64,000 nucleotides of DNA from Octopus bimaculoides (GCF_001194135.2 NC_068982.1:139795260-139859259); one strand, 5' to 3'; shown: positions 53,480 through 63,946, counted from the first letter of the stretch. Translations and numbers: made by a program. Notes: a model not told the origin generated them from the letters alone.

Positions 53480-53710
53480 CAAAAATAATAATCCGTCCTT
53501 CTTATGGCATGAGGTCTGAGAAGATTTAAGGATAGGGAGACCGATGTCTTAACAACTGCGGACAACCAAGAAGATCTGTAAATAACAAACTATAGAACAA
53601 TGCACAGACGGTTATATTGCATACAATTGTACTCGAACATTATAGAAGCTCATCATACATTTCCAACATTGAGCTCTTTGACAACATTACACCACAAACA
53701 CACCTTAAAA
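53480..53710 (+). mobile_element. R4/Dong-like LINE internal fragment
   Basis: RETDVLTTADNQEDL*ITNY resembles ETE.LI.AAQDQ.L.T.NY, which lies upstream of the CCHC finger. Confidence 0.45.
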
Positions 53711-53769
53711 TGACGTTAGATCAAAAAATTCTAGAAGTTACATGTTTTATAAGAACACAAATGTAGTAA

Positions 53770-53789
53770 AATTATGGACACCATACCTT

Positions 53790-53840
<51 letters not shown>

Positions 53841-53968
53841 CACTTTGTCCCTCTTCCTATCTCGCTCTCTCTCTCCCTCTCCCTCTCTCTCTCTCTCTGT
53901 CTTGATATATGTCATATATACACATGCATATGTATATATACGGTTATAGTTTATAAATGTATGTATAT

Positions 53969-53999
<31 letters not shown>

Positions 54000-54000
54000 A
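53770..54000. repeat. (ATCT)n, (CT)n and (TA)n microsatellites
   Basis: Direct reading. Confidence 0.9.
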
Positions 54001-55004
54001 ATATATACAAACACAGACGCGTATATTTAAAGCTGCGATCTCTATTTTATCAAGACTATCTGCATATTCTCTTCTTTGAATAGTATGTCAAAACAGTCGG
54101 TATAATGACAACTCATTAAAGCTATGTTAGGTATAATAGTTTAGTTCAAAATATTTCTTTAAAGGTAATATCCAACTTCATACGAATTGAATATATTTAA
54201 TTCAATAACGCCAACATTAACGTGTGTAGACATAAATAGTCTATTTATTTTACTTTTAAAGAACGTTTTATGATACAAATTATAAAATGTTTCCTGGCAG
54301 TCATAAACGGCTGTTTAGACAATTTCAGAAATTATATTCTATTTCGTGAACGACCTTTTATCAATGTTTGTCATCTAATTACAAAAATGTTAACAATAAA
54401 ATTTCTTTTTAGTTTTGTTTAGTTATTTTGATATTCAATAAAGAAGGAACGACGATAGTGGATATTTATTACAAGTATTTGTAATGTTCCATTGTTAACT
54501 CTACTGAACAAAATGAACTGACAATATATTACAGAAATATAAGCAAATATAATTGGTTGTATATTTAGAAATGAAGCTATTGAATGAATGAAAGGAAAAT
54601 AGCCCCAAAGTATGATTTCGTTTACGTTGAACTATATAGTGTTACTATAAAAGTAATTATTGCTATTAATATTACTAGTATCACTTGTAATTGTTCATAT
54701 TGTTTATGTGCTACGATGTGTCAAGTATATTTTTGAAGCTTTTTTTTAAATTTGAAAACATTTATTTCCTCACAGACATGGAACTTTCTTGTTCGTTCTG
54801 TAGTTTATTATTTTGTCGAAATACTCGTGAACATAAGAAACACTTAATTCCATGTTACTGTCCTATATTCCGTCATACTTTCTTTTTTGAAACAGCGATT
54901 AAATATAATATTTACCTTCCAAACAAGCGATCATGGTAGCGGAAACTTGACTGGGAGTGTCTGAGTAGAGATTCGATCGTCACTTCAGATTAAGTATAGG
55001 CTGC

Positions 55005-55385
55005 TTAACTCTTTTCTCTTTTAATTGTTTCACTAATCAGACTGCGGCCATTCTGGGGCGTCGCGTTGAAGTGTTTGTAGTCGAATAAATCGAACCTAGA
55101 ACTACTTTTTAAAAACCTGGCACTTATTCTGCCGGTCTTTTGTCGAACCGCTAGAACCGAGGCCGTGAATACACCAACACCGGTTGTCAAGCATTGATGG
55201 GGGAAACACATACCCACACACACACACACACACACACATACAAAGACATGTACGATAGGCTTCTTTCATTTTTCCATCTACCTAGTCGATACATAAAGTT
55301 TGGTCGGCCCATGGCTATAGTAGAAAACACTCTCAAGGTGCGCCACGCCATGCAAATGAATCCGGAACCATGTGGTTGTGAAGAA
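55005..55385 (-). mobile_element. SINE family A
   Basis: Tail, internal (CA)n and head ccggaaccatgtggttg, all in reverse orientation. Confidence 0.85.
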
Positions 55386-56019
55386 TCAATAGTGATGCTT
55401 AAGCATCTCTGTTAAGAGTGCAGGCTTATAACCCATAAATGTGACAGGTAGAAAAAAAAAACTCCCTAGAACGAAGGCAGGAAAACTACCTAACATATCA
55501 TAACAATAACACGCGTCGTACTCGTGCAAATAAACGAAACAGATTCATGAAACGGTTCAATTCTTACTACGTGCAGTGCTGCTGACGATGATGTATAATG
55601 TGAACATGTTAATATGTGTATCCTATTAACAACAATGATGAATATAAATCGCCCAGACACATAACTTTCAGCTGAACAGATTTCCTAAGCTCTGAATATC
55701 TCAAATAGTGTAGAGAGATATCACTGGTCTAAGCAGTTAAATTACTTTATAATTAAGGACGGTTTCCATAACTTAATCCGCTGAATATTTCTCATCTAAA
55801 ATATTTGGATACGTTTGTATGATTCACTGCAAATAGATTGCATAAAGGTGTGACTGGACCAAGTTTGAATTCTTTATTTTGCTTAAAAACAATTTAATTT
55901 AACACAACAATGAAGAAAAACATAGGACGTGTATATGCTATAGTAGTGTAATCTATCTTACTAGTTGTGGTTATGAAAACGTTGACCATTGCATCTCTAA
56001 AATGCAAGTTGCTCATAAT

Positions 56020-56222
56020 AATGGTTCCAAACTTTGGCACGCAGATAGTAAATTCAGGAGTGGGGGAAAATTGACTACATCGTCCCAAGTACTCAACTGG
56101 AACTTATTTATTCGATCCTTAATTCAACCTCGGCGCAATTTGAACTCAGAAAGTAAGGACGGACGAAATGGTACTAAGCATTTTACTCGGCGGGCTAACG
56201 ATTGTGCCTGCTTGCCCCCTTA
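56020..56222 (-). mobile_element. SINE family B (decayed)
   Basis: caacctcggcgcaatttgaactcagaaagtaaggacggacgaaatggtactaagcattttactcggcgggctaacgattgtgcc. Confidence 0.75.
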
Positions 56223-56239
56223 GTTTCTTTTTCTTATAT

Positions 56240-56460
56240 AAGAATCCTTTCTTCTATAAGCATAAAGCCTGAAATTTGGGTGGAGGGGCCAGTCAATTAG
56301 CTCGACCTCAATACGCAACTGGTGCTTAATTTATCGACACCGAATGGATGAAAGGCAAAGTCGGCCTCGACAGAATTGGAACGCAGAACGCTCAGCTTTC
56401 GGGCGAAATACCGCTAAGTATTTCGTCCATCGTGCCAACGATTCTGCCGGCTCGCCACCA
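56240..56460 (-). mobile_element. SINE family B
   Basis: ggatgaaaggcaaagtcggcctcg...gaaataccgctaagtatttcgtccatcgtgccaacgattctgccggctcgccacc. Confidence 0.88.
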
Positions 56461-56461
56461 C

Positions 56462-56478
56462 AGTGTTGTTTTTAATAA

Positions 56479-56515
<37 letters not shown>

Positions 56516-56516
56516 A
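56462..56516. repeat. (GTT)n microsatellite between divergent SINE heads
   Basis: Direct reading. Confidence 0.9.
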
Positions 56517-56910
56517 AGGCCGCAAATTGGTAGAATCGTTAGCACGCCGGGCGAAATGCTTAGCGGTATTTTGTCTGCCACTGCGTTCTGAGTTCAAATT
56601 CCGCCGAGGTCGACTTTGCCTTTCATCCTTTCGGAGTCGGTAAATTAAGTACCAGTTACGCACTGGGGTCGATATAATCGACTTAATCCGTTTGTCTGTC
56701 CTTGTTTGTCCCCTCTGTGTGTAGCCCCTTGTGGGCAGTAAAGAAATAGGTATTTTGTCTGTCTTTACGTTTTGAGTTCAAATTCCGCTCAGGCCGACTT
56801 AGCATTTCATCCTTTCGGGAATCGATAAATTAGGAACCAGTTGCGTACTGGGGTCGATAAAAATCGACTGGCCTCCTTCCCCAAACTTTCAGGTCTTGTT
56901 CCCAGAGTAG
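56515..56910 (+). mobile_element. SINE family B dimer (headed monomer plus headless second monomer)
   Basis: Full monomer to ...GTAAAGAAATAGG (56750), then a second TGAGTTCAAATTCC...CATCCTTTCGGG...ACTGGGGTCGAT unit with the alternative tail. Confidence 0.92.
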
Positions 56911-56949
56911 AAAAGAATGATGACGGCGATGATGATCATGATGATGATT

Positions 56950-57415
56950 AGAGTAGATAGTGATTGGATATGCGGTTTATTGATTCTAGCTTACGATCTG
57001 ATCGATTGATTATCATTAAGTTGAATGTAATGTCAGCGTGGTCGTATGTTTTATCAATGTTCTCACAATTGTTAATAGGGTCACTTTGTGAGGTTGGTGA
57101 AATTTTATGGGGAGCATATTACGTGAAATGGGCAGTCTGGGTACTTTTACTCCTTTCCATACCTGAGTCTTGTGAGACATATTTGATCTTCCTACAAGCT
57201 GCATGTATGGCGATGTTAAGTGGGTAACTGTAATTTTGACACAGCTCTATCAATAAGTTGTGATATCTCTGGTTGATTGGGAAGCTTTTATGTGTTAGAA
57301 CAGAGAAACATGACAATTTTATTCTGATATTAAGTCTAAGCGGTTCAATTATAGAAATTGTGTTTGCCTTATTTACGGAGGTTTCGAGTGAATTTTCAGA
57401 TTCGTGTAGATTGCA
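56950..57415 (-). mobile_element. Possible Penelope-like ORF N-terminal remnant
   Basis: About 150 codons on minus with one stop, ending ...FNLMIINRSDRKL..., similar to the VINLS.R.L motif preceding PLE RT. Confidence 0.35.
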
Positions 57416-57945
57416 TTACTTTAAGTAATTTAAAAGATTTTGTTATTGATATCAGCTTACATTACAGGAAATATTTAAAGATTTGTGGATCTTTTTACAT
57501 GGAAGTTACACTTCAGAACGATTACTGTTGATAAAATGGTTACGAATGTTTTACTGAATTTTGAATAAGTGTTACATAAATTTTAATGAGCCCATGACTC
57601 CAAGAAAATATCAAATGTATATGCGCCGTAAACAGCCATTATTTCGAACATCTGCGTTTCAATTAGGCTTCGTTAAGATGGCATAGGTGATTTGGTAATA
57701 TTCATATATAAAATATATAGAACTGCGAACGAAGTAGCATATATTCATTCACTTGCTGGCTATTCTGGTGCGAAATTCTTTTTTAAAATCAGGTCAGTTA
57801 TGGGAGAGAATACATTTGCACTAATGGCCCTCACCTTTTTTATCTGATTTTCATTCTAATCACGTAAAAACATGCTTCCCAAAATATAATTTTTTATTTA
57901 TTATAGGAAAGTGACACAAACGCATAGAATCACACAAATACGTTA

Positions 57946-58196
57946 CTGGGCTGGTGCATAACTATTGTGTATTTTTTTTCAACAAATTTCATTTAACAAA
58001 AACAATAACAATATTTAACAAAAGCTTCCTTAAATGACGTTCGGACCGTCTGCCACGCAAATGGGAAGCGGTAATTGAAATAGATAGTGAATATACTCCG
58101 GAATAATAATTTAAATATGTTTTTGTTATATGTTGTTATTGTTTTTGTTGATTAAAATTTGTTGTAAAAAGCTGCAATAATTATGCACCAACCCAA
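57946..58196 (+). mobile_element. Mariner-derived MITE
   Basis: TA|CTGGGCTGGTGCATAACTATTG ... CAATAATTATGCACCAACCCAA|TA with roughly 80-bp inverted arms. The core encodes FGPSATQMG / DRLPRKWEAVIEIDSEY, matching the mariner C-terminus LP.RW..VI...G.Y. Confidence 0.88.
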
Positions 58197-58408
58197 TACT
58201 ATGGCCAATGTCTGCTGTCAGTAGTGATTAAATAAGTCTAATTAACTAGTAATTTAAGCTTTGGTGATTAGAGACCTGAATATCCTATTGTAGACTTTTT
58301 TTCTATTTATGGCTTTGGCGGTAGTGTCATTAATAATAAAAAAATGTGTTCGAAAAATATTTGGTTCAAAAAGTGTTTGGTGCCCCGATTTGTTGTCGAA
58401 TGGTCAGT

Positions 58409-58790
58409 CGTGACAATCCATCGGTTACGGCGACGAGAGTTCCAGTTGATCCGATCGACGGAACAGCCTGCTCGTGAAATTAACGTGCAAGTGGATGAGT
58501 ACGCTACAGACAAGTGTACGCTTAACGTAGTTCTCGGGGAGATTCAGTGTGACAGAGAGTATGACAAGGCTGGCCCCTTTGAAATATAGGTACAACAGAA
58601 ACAGGAAGGAGTGAGAGAAAGTTGTGGTGAATGAGTACAGCAGAGTTCGCCACCACCCCCTGCCGGAGCCACGTGGAGCTTTAGGTGTTTTCGCTCAATA
58701 AACACTCACAACGCCAGCTCTGGGAATCGAAATTGCCATCCTACGACCACGATTCCACTGCCGAAACCACTGGGCCATTGCGCTTCAAGT
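58409..58790 (-). mobile_element. tRNA-headed SINE family D with tail X
   Basis: Minus head GAAGCGCAATGGCCCAGTGGTTTCGGCAG...ATTTCGATTCCCAG; D body as at 13850; tail as at 45725. Confidence 0.9.
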
Positions 58791-58796
58791 GTGAGA

Positions 58797-58915
58797 CGCT
58801 TACAACATTTAGTTTTCGCAAACGGTCACCAATCTGAGTACTCACTAGGCTCGACATTGCTTAACTTCTGTGATCGGATGAAAACCGGTGCTTTCAAAAT
58901 GATATGGCCGTAAGC
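58797..58915 (-). pseudogene. Full-length 5S rRNA-derived sequence (pseudogene or SINE3-type head)
   Basis: GCTTACGGCCATATCATTTTGAAAGCACCGGTTTTCATCCGATCACAGAAGTTAAGCAATGTCGAGCCTAGTGAGTACTCAGATTGGTGACCGTTTGCGAAAACTAAAATGTTGTAAGC is colinear with metazoan 5S. Helix I ends pair; there are many C>T/G>A changes and no oligo-T terminator. Confidence 0.92.
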
Positions 58916-59574
58916 GAATGGTCAGTAAATGGACGTCAAAGTAGCAACTGAAGGCTGCGTCTGAGTTTCTGTGATTCTGTGACATGACCAAACGAAACAT
59001 GGATCAGTGGCAGCAAACTATTATCTTAGTTTACATAAAAATGAAATTCAACAAAAGAGAAATTAAATCATAAAATGTTCATGATAATACAACGGGGATC
59101 CAGCAAATGGGATTTTAAAACAGTAAAATAAGAGAATTGAAGTAATTCTGATAACATTCCAAGAATACAATTGTAAAATTGATATTAAATACGAAGGACA
59201 AAATGAAAAAATCTGGCGAAAAATAAGGTATTTGTTAATATTCGATAAACAACTACAGATACACACAAATACATACACACTCACACGCGCACATAGACAC
59301 ACACACACACACACACACACACGTACATACATACATACACACATACAAGTATGCTCGCGCACACATCTACAGCACATATATTATAAATGCGAGCCAATAT
59401 TTGTAAGTGTAGTTACGTCTGCATTTTTCACATCTATTTATTTCGTTCGTTTGATCTTCAATCAACAGAAGTCGCGCCTTCGCCAGAAGGAGGCGCTGCG
59501 ATACTAATCAGCACCATCGCCACCGCCTCAACCATCACATTCAGAATTACCTCAACCACCGCTACTCAACAACA

Positions 59575-59675
59575 CCAAGAACAACAACAGCAGCAACAAC
59601 AACAACAACAACTACTACTACTACTATTACTACTACTACTACTACTACTACTAGTGCTACTGCTGCTGCTGCTGT
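59575..59675. repeat. Compound (CAA)(CTA)(CTG) microsatellite
   Basis: Direct reading. Confidence 0.92.
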
Positions 59676-59737
59676 TTGAATTGTCAATTCTCTCATGTGT
59701 TGCATATTTTCGAAAATACAACTTTAACATATCCATT

Positions 59738-60045
59738 AAACGTGGAGGTACATGGCATAGTGTTTAAAGCAGCGGTCGAGGGTCGAAGGATCGCGGGTTC
59801 GAATCTCAGACCGGGCAATATGCGTGTTTATGAGAGAAAAACCTAAACTCCACTTGGCTCCGGTAGAAGGTAAGCGCGAACTTCTGCTGACACTTTCGCC
59901 GCAATTTCCTCTCACTCTTTCCTCCTGCATCTAACAGCTCACCTGCAACGGACCGGCGTCCTGTCCAGGAGGGAACCTATACGCCAATGAACGGGGAAAC
60001 GCGATCTTATGAGTCAGGCATGGCTCCAGAAGGAACAAACAACAA
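59738..60045 (+). mobile_element. tRNA-headed SINE family D with tail Y and (AAC)n end
   Basis: GGAGGTACATGGCATAGTGTTTAAAGCAGCGG...GGTTCGAATCTCAGACCGGG head; body and tail as at 13850. Confidence 0.85.
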
Positions 60046-60339
60046 CAACGTTTACAATAAACACGTTTACTGTTCCTCCTGCGACACTCGGCCATTCAAC
60101 TGCTTCTTAGGGTTACATTCCTCTGTTTTTTTCTCTTTTCGTTTTTTCACATTTGTGCTTGATATCATGGTTTTCACATCTCAGACACAATATCTCATCA
60201 TGTTATATTATTTTTGTGCCTACAAACGAATCAGATTTCAGTTCGAAGTAACCCCGACCCAGAACACTAACTGAAAAAAAAAAAGAAAAAAGAAAACTAA
60301 CTAATTCCACTCAGTTCGCTTCGAGTCTGATCAAATGGA

Positions 60340-60420
60340 TACACACTGAAGAAACTGCACCGAGAATTGTGCCTGGTTGTATCTGCTAGTTCCCTAATCA
60401 GTGCAGTGGAAACAAGTGTA
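60340..60420 (+). ncRNA. Degenerate long-stem-II hammerhead motif
   Basis: TACACA-CTGAAGA-AACTGCAC-(40 nt)-GTGCAGTG-GAAA-CAA-GTGTA: core boxes and 7-bp stem II kept; stem III and the cleavage triplet appear deleted. Confidence 0.5.
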
Positions 60421-60499
60421 GGTCAAACAGACCGTAATAATGTGGTGTATAAAATTGAAATAAGAGGAAATGAATGAACATCTGACGGAAACTTTTTTA

Positions 60500-60500
60500 A

Positions 60501-60548
<48 letters not shown>

Positions 60549-60630
60549 AATCTATATTCTTTTACCCTTTTACTTTTATTTTTTACTTGTTTCATTCATT
60601 TTGACTACGGCCAGCTGGAACACCACCTTC
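60500..60630 (-). mobile_element. (ATCT)n tract plus SINE family A tail fragment
   Basis: ttttacttgtttcattcattttgactacggccagctggaacaccacc at 60555-60630. Confidence 0.7.
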
Positions 60631-60914
60631 TCTATGTAATAATTTATATCAGATGCACCGCCACAGGAGAATATGCGTGAAAATGTAAACACGTAGACTG
60701 CAATACCTCGATACAAAAAGAAGGTATGAGAAAACCTTTAGTCATATATGCACTTATATCTCTTCAATTCTTCTATACATATGCACGCTGCTTTTCTTGT
60801 TTTCCCGCATATATATCAATAATAATTATAAATGTTATACAACCGACACACGGACTGCTTCTCACTTGAATTGATTCCACACTTATAGATAAATTGATGT
60901 TTGAATGCATTCAG

Positions 60915-62020
60915 TAGTGCAGACAACATCAGAAGATTAATTGGCTTTAGCATGAAGAAATGGAAAGTAGATCTCTATTCGTGTGACACAGCCTTAGGGA
61001 AAGTTAATGTCAACAGAGGAATTCCTCAAAGGAGTCTTTGTTGCTATTTAATATGTCTTATGCTTAATCTCTCTCAATTAAGGAAGGCAAAGGCAGCGTA
61101 TCAGTTCAGAAAGAGGGAAAAAATTGACCATTTGCGCTACATGGATGATCTGAAGCAGTTTAATAAGAATGAGAAAGAGACAGATTCTTTCCTTCAGACT
61201 GAAGGACTCTTCAGTAAAGATATAAGCATGGAATTTGGCATAGATAAGCATGGAATGTTAGTCACGAGAAGGGGGTCAAGTAGTCAAAAGTGAAGGCATC
61301 CAATTGCCAGATGTCCAGACATTAAAATCATTGAAAGAAGGAAAGAGTTATAAGTATCTAGAAGAATCAGAATCTCTCAGAGTATGAAACTTAGAAATGA
61401 AAACGAAAATTGAGAAGGTGTACATCAGAAAGCTGAGGGGATTAATGAAGGCAAAACTAAATGGTCTGAATCTAATGAAAGCATGAGAAGTATCTTGGGC
61501 AGTATTTGTGGGAGCACACTCGGGCAGTAGCCTTACTTATATACTCAGCAGCGTTTCTAGATTGGAAAGTCACAGTTAGCAAAGCTAGACACTAGGACTA
61601 GAAAGGAATTCAATAAATATGTAATACTCCACCAAGGAGCAGGATGCACAAGATTATATTTACCTAGAAAAGACGGTGGGAGAGAGTTAATATCAATATA
61701 AAACTGCGTGAAGTTAGCCACGATAGATACAGTCACCTATATATGTAATACGGGAGAAAGTTTATTAAAAGCTGCTAAATTCACAGCAAACCAAAAAGCC
61801 GAATGAAGTTAAAAAGGAAGATTATCTGACTGGCAAGAGAAGGCTTTGCATAGTGGATTCCCAAAGATAGTTGCTGGAAATAACAGTAGTGATACATGGT
61901 TTGGTTGCAGAAAGGAAGGTGGAAAATAGAGACAGAATGTTTGTTTGTAGTAGCATAGGATGAAGTATTGAGTACTAATGCGATACATGTCAAGATAGAA
62001 AAGAAAAAAAAGGTAAATTC
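60915..62020 (+). mobile_element. R4/Dong-like LINE reverse transcriptase region (decayed)
   Basis: SMKKWKVDLYS..LGKVNVNRGIPQ...YQFRKREKIDHLRYMDDLKQFNKNEKETDSFLQT..FSKDISMEFGIDK, then SYKYL, MKAKLNG, RLYLPRKDGGRELI and DWQEKALH; YMDD is retained but there are frameshifts. Confidence 0.9.
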
Positions 62021-62276
62021 CTAAACTAGGTTATATAAATCAAAATAGTAAAGTGTTATTCATATAAGTGAATGTAAGAAAGAGACTAGAGAGTTCCAGA
62101 GACTTGTCTTTATAGTCACAAATGATGAAAAAATCAATATGAGAGGTAATACAATGTTAGGAATTTTTTCTCTTCCAGATGTTTACTCTGTTGTGTGTAT
62201 ATGAAATAATGATAATAAAAAAAAAAATTTTTACAGGTTGAGAAAGCTTTCATCAACAACCTGTGATTGCCTCACA

Positions 62277-62310
62277 CTGAGGACGGGCAACCACCCAGAA
62301 AACATGATCT
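62277..62310 (+). ncRNA. Degenerate minimal hammerhead-like motif
   Basis: CTGAGGA-C-GGG-CAACCA-CCC-A-GAAA-ACATGATC has the same layout as 7756, but no stem I pairing. Confidence 0.35.
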
Positions 62311-62529
62311 GCAAGTATCGCCTTAGTCTTAAGACGGCGGCGATGACCTCCCTTGCAAATACAATACAGACATAGATTGTGTGTCGATCTCTAGCTGGAA
62401 AAGATGTTTTCTTGGGACCTAAACAACAGCAACATCAGCCTTTAATAGGACCGCCATATTCAGATGAGAAATAAACTTTACTGTTCGGTACTATTACAGT
62501 ATATCACTCGCTGACATATTTAAAACAAA

Positions 62530-62635
62530 TACTACTACTACTACTACTACTGATGATGATGATGATGATGATGATGGTGATGATGATAACGATGATCATG
62601 ATGATTGTGATGTTGATGATGATAACAATAATAAC

Positions 62636-62680
<45 letters not shown>

Positions 62681-62799
62681 CAGTAGAAGAAGAAGAAGAA
62701 GAAGGAAGAGGAGGAGGAGGAGGAGGAGAAGAAGAAGAAGAAGAAGAAGAAGAAGAAGAAGAAGAAGAAGAAGAAGAAGAAGAAGAAGAAGAAGAAGAA
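62530..62799. repeat. Compound trinucleotide array (ACT)(GAT)(AAT)(AGA)(GGA)(AGA), about 270 bp
   Basis: Direct reading. Confidence 0.95.
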
Positions 62800-62802
62800 C
62801 CT

Positions 62803-63310
62803 AGGCAAATAAAAAAGCTTGAAATAGGAATTGACAAAATGTAGGACCTTAAGGATAAAACAATACCTGTTGACATAGGTGCCCTAGGAATGATAACAAA
62901 AGCGGCTGATTGCTACCTGGCTCAGATACCAAGAAATTCAAAAATGGAAGAAATTGGAAAAAATAGTGCTCATCGGAACTGCCGATACTTTACGTAAAAT
63001 ATTGTCGATGTAATCCCCCAAATATTTTAATCTGTAAACAATGTCAAAATACTTTTTCAATGTGCACAACAGCAAATACCTTTTACTGGCATCTTAACAT
63101 CGGACTGTCACCTTATAATCAAATTACTTTTTCAAAAGAACTTCGAATTTATTTATATCTTGACAAACATTCTCTTGAACAATACTCTATACAAAAACAA
63201 ATATATGGCACCCTAATCATAACACCAACTTTAACTTCTAACTTGTTGTCTCTTGAGTTCTCTGGGTAAGACTTGGAGTAAATTTGTACAAATAGAAAGC
63301 AAAAGCCAAG
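62803..63310 (+). mobile_element. R4/Dong-like LINE 3' end with long 3' UTR
   Basis: LEIGIDKM*DLKDKTIPVDIGALGMITKAADCYLAQIP and KIVLIGTADTLRKILSM*, then about 300 bp of UTR. Confidence 0.8.
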
Positions 63311-63312
63311 CG

Positions 63313-63670
63313 TATTCTTTTATTCTTTTATTCTTTTACTTCTTTCAGTTATTTGACTGAGGTCATACTGGAGCACTGCCCTTGTAAACCTAGTACTTAT
63401 TCTATCGGTTTCTTTTACCGAACAGCTAATGTAAACACACCAGCATCTGTTGTCAAGCGATGTTGGGGGAAGAAACACAGACACACAAATATCGACACAC
63501 ACATACATATAGATATACATATATACGACAGGCTTCTTTCAGTTTCCGTCTTCCAAATCCACTCACAAGCCTTAGTAGAGGGCATGTACCCAAGGTGTCC
63601 CGCACTGGGATTGAACGCGGAACCATGTGGTTAGTAAGCAAGCTAATTACCACACAGCCACTCCTGTGCC
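63313..63670 (-). mobile_element. SINE family A, near full length
   Basis: (TATTCTT)n tail through to head cacacagccactcctgtgcc. Confidence 0.9.
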
Positions 63671-63674
63671 TATA

Positions 63675-63721
63675 TGATAATAATAATAATAACAATGAAA
63701 ATAATAATAATAATAATAATG

Positions 63722-63757
<36 letters not shown>

Positions 63758-63946
63758 TTGGTTTCAGTCCCAATGTGAGGTAACTTGCCAAATGTCTTCT
63801 ATTATAGCTCTCAGCCAAACAGACAGATGAAATACTGCTCAATATTTTGTCCAGCATGCTAACAATTCTAGCAGCTCACTGCTTTAACAACAACAGCAAC
63901 AGCAGCAGCAACAGCAACAATAACAACAACAATAATAATAATAATG

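Noticed and set aside
13226-55590. Isolated CTGATGA/CTGACGA boxes (about 13227 +, 37005 -, 44946 -, 55583 +)
   Set aside because: No paired stem II followed by GAAA.
58797-58915. Functional 5S rRNA gene
   Set aside because: It has many substitutions in the box A and box C regions, no T-run terminator, is solitary, and is enclosed in a TSD with a SINE. Treated as retroposed.
13850-59830. tRNA genes at the SINE heads
   Set aside because: A and B boxes are present, but there is no complete cloverleaf and each runs into a repeat body.
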